Source: Candidatus Omnitrophota bacterium (GTDB lineage Bacteria; Omnitrophota; Omnitrophia; Omnitrophales; Aquincolibacteriaceae). Taken from it: DNA of 64,000 nucleotides. How positions within the stretch are numbered: the first letter of the stretch is position 1; each line of letters opens with the position of its first letter. This document shows positions 1 to 8,766 of this stretch, in pieces. The notes under the pieces were generated by a model that was not told where the DNA came from, searched no databases, and saw only the letters and a list, made by a program, of their open reading frames with translations. The position numbers and the translations under genes are program-made. The stretch covers positions 32,001 through 96,000 of the forward strand of contig JAZDJU010000037.1 of NCBI GenBank assembly GCA_043803685.1. Reading direction: 5' to 3'.

Positions 1-56
1 AGACTACAGACAAAAAGCTTTTGCTTCGGTCTCTAGTCTCTTGTCTGTCGTCTGTT
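1..56. repeat. heptamer tandem-repeat dyad (AGACTAC-type / GTCTSTN x4), left arm cut by window edge
   Basis: AGACTAC AGAC, spacer containing AAAAGCTTTTG, then GTCTCTA GTCTCTT GTCTGTC GTCTGTT; abuts the rubrerythrin stop codon. Confidence 0.75.
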
Positions 57-59
57 ATG

Positions 60-647
60 TTAATAATTTTCGATCCAGATCTCAAAGTTCCCCTGCGGAT
101 GATCGCAAACGGGGCAACGCTCCGGGGCCTTGGAAGCCTCGACGATATAACCGCATTCAAGGCACTTCCAATAAACCTTGCCGTCCTTGACAAAAAGCTT
201 GTGGTGCTCCAACGCGTTATAAAGTTTGTTGTAGCGCTCCTCGTGACGTTTCTCGACCATCGCCACATGCTTAAAGGTGCGTGCCACATCCGCGAACCCT
301 TCCTGTTCGGCGATCGCTGAAAAAGCCGGATAAAGGTCGGACCATTCCTCTTTTTCACCCATCGCGGCAGACTTGAGATTTTGAAGAGTGTCCGCGAATG
401 CTACGGGATAACTCGCGTGGATCTCCACGGAGTTGCCGTTGAGGCCATGTTTGATCAGTTGCCCATAAAAAAGCTTGGCGTGTTCCTTTTCATTATCCGC
501 CGTTTCCTGGAAGATGTTCGAGATCTGACGATACCCTTCCTTCAAAGCCGTCTTGGCATAATAGGTATAACGCATCCTTGCCTGGGATTCACCGGCAAAC
601 GATTTCATGAGATTTTCAGCTGTTTTACTTCCTTTGAACTCCGCCAT
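60..647 (-). CDS. rbr: rubrerythrin
   Basis: N-terminal AFAGESQA-like motif (SFAGESQARMRY), diiron E/ExxH ligands, C-terminal rubredoxin CxxC...CxxC (CLECG, CPVC). Confidence 0.95.
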   Translation of the reverse strand: MAEFKGSKTAENLMKSFAGESQARMRYTYYAKTALKEGYRQISNIFQETADNEKEHAKLFYGQLIKHGLNGNSVEIHASYPVAFADTLQNLKSAAMGEKEEWSDLYPAFSAIAEQEGFADVARTFKHVAMVEKRHEERYNKLYNALEHHKLFVKDGKVYWKCLECGYIVEASKAPERCPVCDHPQGNFEIWIENY

Positions 648-777
648 AAACGTCTCCTTTATTTGAAAAACACATGCCCAGAATGGGTCTTGGGGGGATG
701 ACTGCTCTCGAAACAGGTCGGTATTATACCATCGAGCGCAGGGCGGTAAAGAAAAAGCTAAGGAGATGAGGCGGGGC

Positions 778-2202
778 TCAGTCGTTGCCGGCGGAGAAGG
801 TCAGGATATCCCGAAGGGATTTTTTGTGGCGGCGAAAAAGCTCCAGATCCTCCTTGGTGGCGACCCAGGTCAACGTTTTCTCCCCTTGGGACCACTGGAA
901 CCTCAACGACTGATAATCCTGAAAGCTATAACTCCGCAACACCTCCACAAATTCCCGGGCCACGCGCTCCCAAAAATAGAGAATGTCTTCGTGAAGCCCC
1001 TGCTCTGGAGTATAGGCGATCGCTTTCGGATCTTTTAAAGAAGCCACTTGATTGAACAGAAAATCCGGCTGAGGCCTGGTTTCGAAACGAACCACGAGCT
1101 TGACGCTTGTGAACGTGTTGGAGATCCGTTCATCTTCAGTCGCAAGTATCTGGAGCCGCCGCGTCAGCTGGCGAGAGAGAAAATCCCCCATGGAGATATC
1201 CGGAGTTTTGAATTCCGTTTCCCAATTCGGAAGGCTTTTGGTGACCATGGCGCGCGTAAAGGTGAAGTCCGGAGCGGCACTCTTGTCATCCAGGTAAACC
1301 ATCGGAATGATCCGGCGAATTTTTTCCGTATCGTCCGTGGTCGATACCTGGAACAAATATTCCATCACGCGGGGTTTGAAGCCGGTATCTTGGGGGTCCT
1401 TAGGAACGGCCTCGGCCTTGGCATAGACCACGATATCATTATCCTGGATGGGAATGCTTTTCAAGTCCAGGACGACCCACTGGGCGCGACTCCGCGGCAA
1501 GTCATGCCCTCCGGCATCCTTATAAAAGAACTCTTCCATCCATTTGGCAGAAGCGGTATTTTGGAAATAGCGGTCCCGGACATCGTTCGCTGTGGCCTCA
1601 TTCAGATCCTTGAAGAAATGCCGCACGGACCGGTGCCAGAGCGCGGCGCGGTTCATGTGGAGATCGTGAACAATGCGCTTGCGATATTCACTGCGCGGGA
1701 TGTCCCAAAACCGGACCCTCTTGAGATCATCGATCTGTCCGATAAAAGTCAGGTCCATGCCGCTTTTTTCGACATCGGTGGCCTGGAGATAGTAAAAATC
1801 GATCTTTTTATCCGTGCTGAGCATGATCCGGGACATGGAAAAAAGAATGTCTTCCACTTTATCGATCGCCTCTTCCGTCGGCTGAAAAAGACTTTCCATG
1901 TCCGTCACTTTACCGCTCATCAGCGCTTCTTTAAGGTCTGTCGTGAAAAGCTTATCGAGAGGCAGGAATACCCCGAGGGTCGTCCCGACGAACTCCACTT
2001 CAATGTGAGGGATCTTGTATTCCTTAAGAGCGATCGCCTGGAGGGCTTCCTTGCAGCGAGCTTCCGGATAGGTCACAGGGCCGCAACCTGAAAAAGCAGC
2101 GGAACATAGAACGAGGCCCGAGATCACAAAAAAACGGGACAGTCCCCCAGAAAACCCGGAGAAACTGTCCCGTTGATTCGAAAGAAACTCTTTTAGATCC
2201 AA
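778..2202 (-). CDS. hypothetical lipoprotein (start uncertain)
   Basis: 474-aa ORF directly downstream of the FtsH-like gene; hydrophobic stretch ending in lipobox-like AFSGC. Confidence 0.75.
   Translation of the reverse strand: MDLKEFLSNQRDSFSGFSGGLSRFFVISGLVLCSAAFSGCGPVTYPEARCKEALQAIALKEYKIPHIEVEFVGTTLGVFLPLDKLFTTDLKEALMSGKVTDMESLFQPTEEAIDKVEDILFSMSRIMLSTDKKIDFYYLQATDVEKSGMDLTFIGQIDDLKRVRFWDIPRSEYRKRIVHDLHMNRAALWHRSVRHFFKDLNEATANDVRDRYFQNTASAKWMEEFFYKDAGGHDLPRSRAQWVVLDLKSIPIQDNDIVVYAKAEAVPKDPQDTGFKPRVMEYLFQVSTTDDTEKIRRIIPMVYLDDKSAAPDFTFTRAMVTKSLPNWETEFKTPDISMGDFLSRQLTRRLQILATEDERISNTFTSVKLVVRFETRPQPDFLFNQVASLKDPKAIAYTPEQGLHEDILYFWERVAREFVEVLRSYSFQDYQSLRFQWSQGEKTLTWVATKEDLELFRRHKKSLRDILTFSAGND
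2133..2174. repeat. GGGACAG/CTGTCCC inverted repeat (REP-like)
   Basis: AACGGGACAGT ... ACTGTCCCGTT; related dyads at 20648 and 63865. Confidence 0.65.
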
Positions 2203-2206
2203 AGCC

Positions 2207-3862
2207 TTATACCTTCGGCGGTTCCGTGCCCTGAGTCAAAAAAGACCTCCGAGGATTGACCTTGCCGAATTCCTCAAAAATAGCCTCGATCTCGTCGTAA
2301 TCAAGTTCCTGTTTGGTCAAAAGCTCGTGCGAGAAACGTTCAAAAAGATCCTTTTCCTTCCGGAGCAGGGCATCCACTTCGGTCATGGCTTCCTTGAGGA
2401 GCTTGTCCACATCCTGATTGAGACGCATCTTGACGTCTTCGGAAAGGAGAAGCGCGTTGCTATCCTTGTAGATCGTATAATCCCCGATCATTCCGGAAGC
2501 TCCCATGCCGAGCACCCACACCATGAAATGAGCAAGGTTCATCGCCTGTTTGAAATCCGAAGTCACTCCGGTCGTGCTGGTGTTGAACTTGATCTTCTCG
2601 GCCACGTAACCCGCCAGGCAGATCTTGATATCCGCAAACAGGGTTTCGCGATCCCGACCATGCCATTCCTCGATCGAGGTAGGATGCACGACGCCGAGCG
2701 ATGATTTTCTCGGAATGATGGAAGCCTTGAACACATCATCGCGAGGATGCGACAGATAGGTCACGATCAAATGACCCGACTCGTGATAAGCGGTCATCTC
2801 CCGCTCCCGCGCATTCACTGTAAGCTTTTGTTTCATCCCGAGCTCGATCCTCTCGATCGCTTCGGAAATATCGCGCAGACCCACAACATCCTTTTTATTG
2901 CGCGTGGCGATCAGAGCCGATTCCTTCACAATGTTCTCGATATCCGCGGGCGACTTATCGACCGCTTTTCGCGCCAGGCGCTTGCAATCGATCCCCGCCT
3001 CGTATTTGATCTTGCTCAGATAGAAGCGAAAAAGGGATTCGCGTCCCTCAAGATTCGGCTTTTTGATATACACCTTACGATCAAAGCGACCCGGACGGAG
3101 AAGCGCCGGGTCCAGGATATCTTCCGAAGCGTTCGTCGCTCCGATCACAATGATGTTCTCCGACCTGTCCCCCAAACCGTCCATGGCGACCAGGAGCTGG
3201 TTCTGCGTGGTGTTACCCTCACCGCTTCCGAACTGATTGAAGGTACGGCGCTGGCCCATCGCGTCCAACTCATCGATAAAAACGATGCAGCCTCCGAACC
3301 CATAGGCCAGACGCTGCGCTTTCTTGAAAAGCTGCCGCACGCGACTCGCGCCGACACCGACGAAGACCTCGTGGAATTCACTCGCGGCCATGGACAAGAA
3401 TGGAAGCCCGGCTTCCGTCGCGATAGCCTTGGCAAGATACGTCTTCCCGCATCCCGGAGGCCCCATCATGAGAATACCGCGCAAGATCCTCCCGCCGATC
3501 TTTTTCAAGCGCGCGTGATCCTTAATGAGCTGCACGACTTCCCAACATTCGTCTTTGGCTTCATCGATCCCGATCACGTCCGAGAACTTGATCTGGACCT
3601 CTTTGGTCTTGATGCTTTTTTTATCAAGCTTCGAGAACCCGCTCCGGAAGACCATCATGTACATGTAGACGAAGATCACGGAGTTGATAATGACCATGAG
3701 GATCTGGAGCGGCAGCTGCGCCAGGGTGATATTCCGGTAATAGCTTTCGAGAGACGCCATGCCCCAGATCGACAGGACCACAAGGAGTACGGCAGCGAAA
3801 ATAATGGCCGCCTTCACCCAGTGGTCCATGAGAAATAATTTCCAACGACGCCATTTATTCAT
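2207..3862 (-). CDS. ftsH: FtsH-like ATP-dependent zinc metalloprotease
   Basis: two N-terminal TM helices, Walker A GPPGCGKT, pore loop FVGVG, Walker B VFIDE, SRH ALLRPGRFDR, HESGH zinc motif. Confidence 0.92.
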   Translation of the reverse strand: MNKWRRWKLFLMDHWVKAAIIFAAVLLVVLSIWGMASLESYYRNITLAQLPLQILMVIINSVIFVYMYMMVFRSGFSKLDKKSIKTKEVQIKFSDVIGIDEAKDECWEVVQLIKDHARLKKIGGRILRGILMMGPPGCGKTYLAKAIATEAGLPFLSMAASEFHEVFVGVGASRVRQLFKKAQRLAYGFGGCIVFIDELDAMGQRRTFNQFGSGEGNTTQNQLLVAMDGLGDRSENIIVIGATNASEDILDPALLRPGRFDRKVYIKKPNLEGRESLFRFYLSKIKYEAGIDCKRLARKAVDKSPADIENIVKESALIATRNKKDVVGLRDISEAIERIELGMKQKLTVNAREREMTAYHESGHLIVTYLSHPRDDVFKASIIPRKSSLGVVHPTSIEEWHGRDRETLFADIKICLAGYVAEKIKFNTSTTGVTSDFKQAMNLAHFMVWVLGMGASGMIGDYTIYKDSNALLLSEDVKMRLNQDVDKLLKEAMTEVDALLRKEKDLFERFSHELLTKQELDYDEIEAIFEEFGKVNPRRSFLTQGTEPPKV

Positions 3863-4082
3863 AAAAACCGCCTTTTCTGAAGAAAAGTTAAGTGGGAGTG
3901 ATCCCGAAAAACAGCGTGGATTATACCTGTTTTAAGGTCAAAACACACGCCTTAGTGCTGATTCCCCATAACCTTTTAATCATACCAGCACAATACCGTT
4001 AACCCTCCAAATTAAGGGAGAACGGTATAGAATTTCGGCAGAAATGTCATTCCCTTGAGAAGTGAACGCGCAACGCTGAGTT

Positions 4083-4156
4083 TCCCCCTCTTTGAAAAAG
4101 AGGGGCCAGGGGAGATTTCAAATCCCCCTCAAGTCCCCCTTTGCAAAAGGGGGAGA
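4083..4156. repeat. pair of inverted REP-like palindromes
   Basis: TCCCCCTCTTTGAAAAAGAGGGG..GGGGAGATTT followed by an inverted copy AAATCCCCC..TCCCCCTTTGCAAAAGGGGGAG. Confidence 0.7.
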
Positions 4157-4308
4157 ATTGGTTGGACAACTACGGCATGAAATAGAACACACACCCTTAC
4201 GTCAAGGCGTTGAAAGGAAACGCGAATGGCTCAAGAGAAAGGGTTTCGCCGCGGACTTTGAGAGAGAGCCCGTAATCTCCACAAATGCGTTCGAAAGCTT
4301 TCCGACGT

Positions 4309-4807
4309 TTACCAGTTGGGCTTACACCCTTGGGCGGAAAAACCAGCTACGCCACCGTCGGCAGTCACATAACCTGCCGAGCATTCCCATTTATCAGCAT
4401 TAACGCCCGTATGAAAACGGGCTATGGTGGGAACACCTGAAATCGGAGTACGAGCTGCTGCGCAATAGTACTCTCCTGCGGATGTGCTACACGTGTACCG
4501 AAAATCCTTTTGTATAATATTCCCCATGCCAAGAGAGCTAGGGGGAGTGCAAGTACTTGGAGGCGCAGCACAAATGAATGCCTCAGGCGTTGTCGACCCC
4601 TTGAGATCCATGTTTGCTTGTTGGGCGCGAATCAGAGCGCCAACCATTTGATAGGCTTCAGCCATTTTTGCTTTTTCAGGTGAGCCCAACATTCGAGGGA
4701 TGACCAAAGCCGCAAGAACACCGATGATCACCACGACGATCAAAACCTCAATCAGCGTGAATCCCTGCTTGCTTGCTTGCTTGCTTGCTTGCTTTAGATC
4801 GTCTCAT
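4309..4807 (-). CDS. type IV pilin / prepilin-type protein, out of frame at an (AAGC)7 tract as assembled
   Basis: G|FTLIEVLIVVVIIGVLAALVIP motif from 4764; SD AGGAG and ATG at 4807 in a different frame; the pilin frame has TGA at 4806-4804; six Cys in the C-terminal domain. Confidence 0.9.
4767..4794 (-). repeat. tetranucleotide simple sequence repeat (AAGC)7
   Basis: seven perfect GCTT units on the plus strand. Confidence 0.97.
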
Positions 4808-4902
4808 GCCTTCTCCTGCTGATCCGGCCATTTTTTCGGCGTCAAAACATCCGACCCTCTGGGGCTCTACAGTAAAACGACTTCACGAGGGGAAATCTTA
4901 AA

Positions 4903-5376
4903 TCACCACCAGGTGTCTTCCTCTTTTTTCGTCGATGCGGCATCCTCGGTCTTTGACTCCGCCGCGGGCTCTTCCACGACTTCTTCGTTCAGGACCTTCT
5001 CGGTTTCTGGAGGAATTTCCGGAAGAGGTTCCGAAACCGCTTCGGCATGGGAATCCGTTTGAGGGTCCTTGGGTTCTTCCTCCCACCAGCTTGAGGTTCC
5101 CGCCGGCGAAGCGGCCTCCACGGCAACGGTCTTGGCGGAAGAATCTGTTTTTTCTTTTTCAATGGGAGGATCGATCAAGAAACCTTCCCGGGGAACATTC
5201 TTAACGTGATACATCAACGGCCCCTTTTTGCCATCCTTCTCCTCTTCCTTTTTCTGTTCATAAAGAATGGGATTGGTCTGCGTATCCCGGACAGGATCCT
5301 CCGACCTCCGGATCGACCCTACGTTCAGGCCCGCGAGAACACTTACAAAGATGAGGAACAAAATCTTTTTGTTCAT
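4903..5376 (-). CDS. hypothetical exported/membrane-anchored protein with acidic low-complexity tail
   Basis: start re-assigned to MNKKILFLIFVSVLAG (signal-like); E/P/A/K-rich C-terminal half ending EEDTWW. Confidence 0.7.
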   Translation of the reverse strand: MNKKILFLIFVSVLAGLNVGSIRRSEDPVRDTQTNPILYEQKKEEEKDGKKGPLMYHVKNVPREGFLIDPPIEKEKTDSSAKTVAVEAASPAGTSSWWEEEPKDPQTDSHAEAVSEPLPEIPPETEKVLNEEVVEEPAAESKTEDAASTKKEEDTWW

Positions 5377-5432
5377 AGGTAAAGGGTACCCTATGCAGAC
5401 GCAAAGCGCAAATGTGCGCTTTGTGTGCGTCT

Positions 5433-5489
5433 CGGGAAACGGGGAACGTCGGACGCTTGCGTCACCCGTTCCACGTTCACCGTTCCCCG
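5433..5489. repeat. heptamer tandem-repeat dyad (CGGGAAA-type)
   Basis: CGGGAAA CGGGGAA CGTCGGA / CGTCACC CGTTCCA CGTTCAC CGTTCCC; overlaps the uvrA stop codon. Confidence 0.75.
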
Positions 5490-8248
5490 ACATATTTTTT
5501 TAAATACCGCCCTGTATAGGAACGCTCGCACGCCATAAGTCCTTCCACCGTGCCCTGATAGACCACTTCCCCGCCTTTGCTGCCCCCTTCGGGCCCGAGA
5601 TCGATCACGTGGTCCGCGAGACGGATCACCCCCAGATGGTGTTCGATCACAAGAAGCGAATGTCCCCGGTCCATCAATTCCTCAAAAGCCCGGATAAGAT
5701 GCCGCACATCATCTTCGTGAAGCCCTGTGGTCGGTTCATCCAGAAGATAAAGGAGCGATCCGGAACTTTTGCAGGAAAGTTCAAATGCGAGTTTGAGCCG
5801 CTGAGCCTCCCCACCCGACAGGGTCAGCGTCGACTGCCCGAGCTTGAGATATCCGAGACCGATCTTCTTTAAAGTGGATAGCTTCTCCGTAAGCCCCTTG
5901 CTGGCCGTCAAAAAATCCGCGGCCTCCTCGACGGTCATCTGGAGCACCTCGTCGATGTTCTTGCCCTGATACCGGATCTCGAGCACCTCGGGCTTGAAAC
6001 GCTTCCCGTGGCATTCCTCGCACGGCACAAAGATGTCCGCGAGAAAATGCATCTCGACTTTCACCGCGCCGTCGCCCTCGCAGACCGGACAACGCCCCTT
6101 CTCGACATTGAAGGAAAAATACCCCGCGTCGAATCCTTCGCGGCGAGCTTCAGAGGTCGCGGCGAAGAGCTTCCGGATCTCCTCGAACGCCTTCATATAA
6201 GTCGCCGGATTGGAGCGCGGCGAACGGCCCAGAGGCGATTGATCGATCATGGCAATGTCCTCCAAAGGCTCGAACCCGCGGATTTTCTTCACGCTCCCGA
6301 GCTCCTCCTGGGACACGGGCCGACCTTTCGCCTTGAGAAAGTGATTGTAGAGGATCTCATAAAGGAGTGTGCTTTTCCCGGAACCCGAGACGCCCGTCAA
6401 GACCGTGAATTTCCCAAGCGGCACCTCGACATCGATCTCTTTTAAATTATGCGCCTTAGCGCCGTGGATCACGATCCGGTGTTTCGCCGGCGTTGCCGCG
6501 CGAGCCCTTCTTTCGATCCCGCGTTTTCCGGTCAGATATTCCCCCGTCACCGAACCCGGACATCGCTTGAGTTCTTCGACACTTCCCTGAAAGATCAGTT
6601 CGCCGCCCTTCGCGCCTCCCGAAGGCCCGAGATCGATCACCTGGTCCGCGGCGCCGATCATGGTCCGGTCATGCTCCACGACCACTACCGTATTCCCAAG
6701 GTCCCGGAGCTTGCGAAGAAGCGTGATCAGCATCTCGTTGTCACGCTCATGGAGCCCGATACTCGGTTCATCCAGCACGTACAGGGTGTCTACTAGGGCC
6801 GAACCCAAGGAACTGGCCAGATGGATGCGCTCCACCTCCCCGCCCGAAAGCGTTCGCGACATGCGGTCCAGTGTCAGATAACCGAGCCCGACATCCTTCA
6901 GGAACCGGACACGGTTGAGGAGCTCTTCCTGCACCGGCCCTACTTTTTCCTTTTCCCCCGGAGTCAGCTCCAACGTTTCAAGGAACGGAAGGAGCGCTTC
7001 AACACTCAGGGCCTGGACTTCCGCGATGTTTTTTCCTGAAACAAGAAAGTCCAGCGCCTCGGTTTTAAGACGCGTCGTGTGACAAGTTCCGCAGGGCGCG
7101 TAGCCGCGAAAACGGTTGAGAAAGATCCTCACATGCACCTTGTAGGTCTGCTTGTTCATATATTCAAAGAAGCCACGGACGCTCACAAAGTCGTCGCCGG
7201 GATAGCCCTCGAGGATCCATTTCCGGTGCTGGGCCTTGAGCTCCTTCCAGGGCACGCGGATCGGAATGCGCTTGCGCTGGCAGAAGTCGAGAAATTGTCC
7301 CTGTTCCCAGCGGGTACTGGGCGTGGTCCAGGGTTCGATGACCCCGTCACGGATCGACCGATTGCCGTCCGGAACAACGAGATCCCAATCGATCGTAATG
7401 ACACGGCCGAATCCCTGGCAGGACGGACACGCGCCGAGAGGGCTATTAAAAGAAAAAAGGTTCGGCGACGGTTCCGGAAAGGAACGGTTGCAGGAAGAAC
7501 AACGTAGCTTTTCTGAAAACCTCAGGACTTTCCCGGCGACCCACGCCTGGGCATCGCCGCGTCCCAGACGAAAGGCTTGCTCGAGTGAATCGGTAAGTCT
7601 TTCCTTGCGCGAGCCTTCGATCTTCAAAAGGTCCACGCTTACTAAAAGATCCCCTGGGACGGTTTTGGTTCCGAGAAAGGCCGCCGCGTCGAGCCACTTG
7701 CCGGAATGAAAGAAACTGCTGAACCCTTGTCGTTCCAGTTCTGCCAGGTTCTCCCGGAGATATTTCGGGGCCTTTTTCCCAAGCGCCATTTGAAAAACAA
7801 TGCGCGCTTCCTGTCCCCCGAACTCCGCAACCAGGTGCGCCGCCGCTTTGTTGGGATCATACTTTTCGACGGGGACCTGGCACCCGGGGCACAACAAACG
7901 TCCCGCGCGCGCGAACAGGACCCGCAAGTGATCGTTGATCTCGGTCTGAGTCCCGACCGTGGAACGGGCGTTGGTGATCGAATTCTTCGCCTGGATGGCC
8001 AAGGCCGGAGGAATCCCCGATGCGGACTCGAGGTCGGGCTTCGGCATTCGCTCGAGGAACTGACGCGCGTAAGCGGAAACGGATTCGATGTAGCGGCGCT
8101 GACCTTCGGCGTAGAGCGTGTCAAAAGCCAGGGAGGATTTCCCGGAGCCGGAGACACCGGTAATGACGTAGAGTTTCCGGTGCGGAAGTTCGAGATCGAG
8201 ATTCTTTAGATTGTGGGTCTTAACCCCACGGAGCCGGATCGCATCCAA
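5477..8248 (-). CDS. uvrA: excinuclease ABC subunit A
   Basis: two ABC ATPase modules (GVSGSGKSS, LSGGE, GVSGSGKST), zinc fingers, FSFNSP motif; TTG start at 8248 chosen to avoid overlap with the upstream gene. Confidence 0.93.
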   Translation of the reverse strand: MDAIRLRGVKTHNLKNLDLELPHRKLYVITGVSGSGKSSLAFDTLYAEGQRRYIESVSAYARQFLERMPKPDLESASGIPPALAIQAKNSITNARSTVGTQTEINDHLRVLFARAGRLLCPGCQVPVEKYDPNKAAAHLVAEFGGQEARIVFQMALGKKAPKYLRENLAELERQGFSSFFHSGKWLDAAAFLGTKTVPGDLLVSVDLLKIEGSRKERLTDSLEQAFRLGRGDAQAWVAGKVLRFSEKLRCSSCNRSFPEPSPNLFSFNSPLGACPSCQGFGRVITIDWDLVVPDGNRSIRDGVIEPWTTPSTRWEQGQFLDFCQRKRIPIRVPWKELKAQHRKWILEGYPGDDFVSVRGFFEYMNKQTYKVHVRIFLNRFRGYAPCGTCHTTRLKTEALDFLVSGKNIAEVQALSVEALLPFLETLELTPGEKEKVGPVQEELLNRVRFLKDVGLGYLTLDRMSRTLSGGEVERIHLASSLGSALVDTLYVLDEPSIGLHERDNEMLITLLRKLRDLGNTVVVVEHDRTMIGAADQVIDLGPSGGAKGGELIFQGSVEELKRCPGSVTGEYLTGKRGIERRARAATPAKHRIVIHGAKAHNLKEIDVEVPLGKFTVLTGVSGSGKSTLLYEILYNHFLKAKGRPVSQEELGSVKKIRGFEPLEDIAMIDQSPLGRSPRSNPATYMKAFEEIRKLFAATSEARREGFDAGYFSFNVEKGRCPVCEGDGAVKVEMHFLADIFVPCEECHGKRFKPEVLEIRYQGKNIDEVLQMTVEEAADFLTASKGLTEKLSTLKKIGLGYLKLGQSTLTLSGGEAQRLKLAFELSCKSSGSLLYLLDEPTTGLHEDDVRHLIRAFEELMDRGHSLLVIEHHLGVIRLADHVIDLGPEGGSKGGEVVYQGTVEGLMACERSYTGRYLKKYVGER

Positions 8249-8255
8249 GGGCGGA

Positions 8256-8654
8256 TCAGGATCGGATCTCGCGGCCCAAAGTCTCGCCGATAAGCTCGAG
8301 AAGCTTCTTGCCGCCAAAGACCTTTTGACTCTGGGGATCGATGGAAACGGACGACGTTTGTTGATCCACGCGTTTGATCACAAAGGTGATCACTCTCAGG
8401 TCCGAGTCGTCCAAACGGCTGTAATTCGTGTCCCGGACGCTGATAAAGCCACGCTCTTTGTCGGTCTCCTCGAGCTGCCAATGCTGCGCGTCATTCAAGG
8501 CTTCCAGAGTCCTGAGATAGGTCAGGTCATACGGCAGTTTGTAAACGAGCACCGCATCATTGGGAGGAAGGACTTCCCCCACGGAGTTGCATCCGGCAAG
8601 ACTCAAACCGAGAATCAGAACAACCAACAATTTCGAAAAAAACTTCATGGACAT
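8256..8654 (-). CDS. hypothetical lipoprotein
   Basis: signal peptide with LAGC lipobox, SD AGGAG, 132 aa. Confidence 0.8.
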   Translation of the reverse strand: MSMKFFSKLLVVLILGLSLAGCNSVGEVLPPNDAVLVYKLPYDLTYLRTLEALNDAQHWQLEETDKERGFISVRDTNYSRLDDSDLRVITFVIKRVDQQTSSVSIDPQSQKVFGGKKLLELIGETLGREIRS

Positions 8655-8660
8655 TTCTCC

Positions 8661-8765
8661 TTACCCCGTTAGAGATTTCAACTCACTCTTGGGATCACTT
8701 TGAACAGTTATCTCGGCCACTCACAATATTTGCCCGTCTTAAGAAATGCAAGATCTCTAACGGCG
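8661..8765. mobile_element. MITE-like ~100 bp element with CCCCGTTAGAG terminal inverted repeats
   Basis: TTACCCCGTTAGAGAT ... ATCTCTAACGG; second copy at 24588-24688. Confidence 0.55.
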
Positions 8766-8766
8766 C

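Noticed and set aside
3920..3941. TTGACC / TATAAT promoter upstream of ftsH
   Set aside because: Only 10 nt separate the hexamers.
4092..4403. 103-aa plus-strand ORF
   Set aside because: Starts within the palindromic repeat and overlaps the pilin antisense; no protein-like motif.
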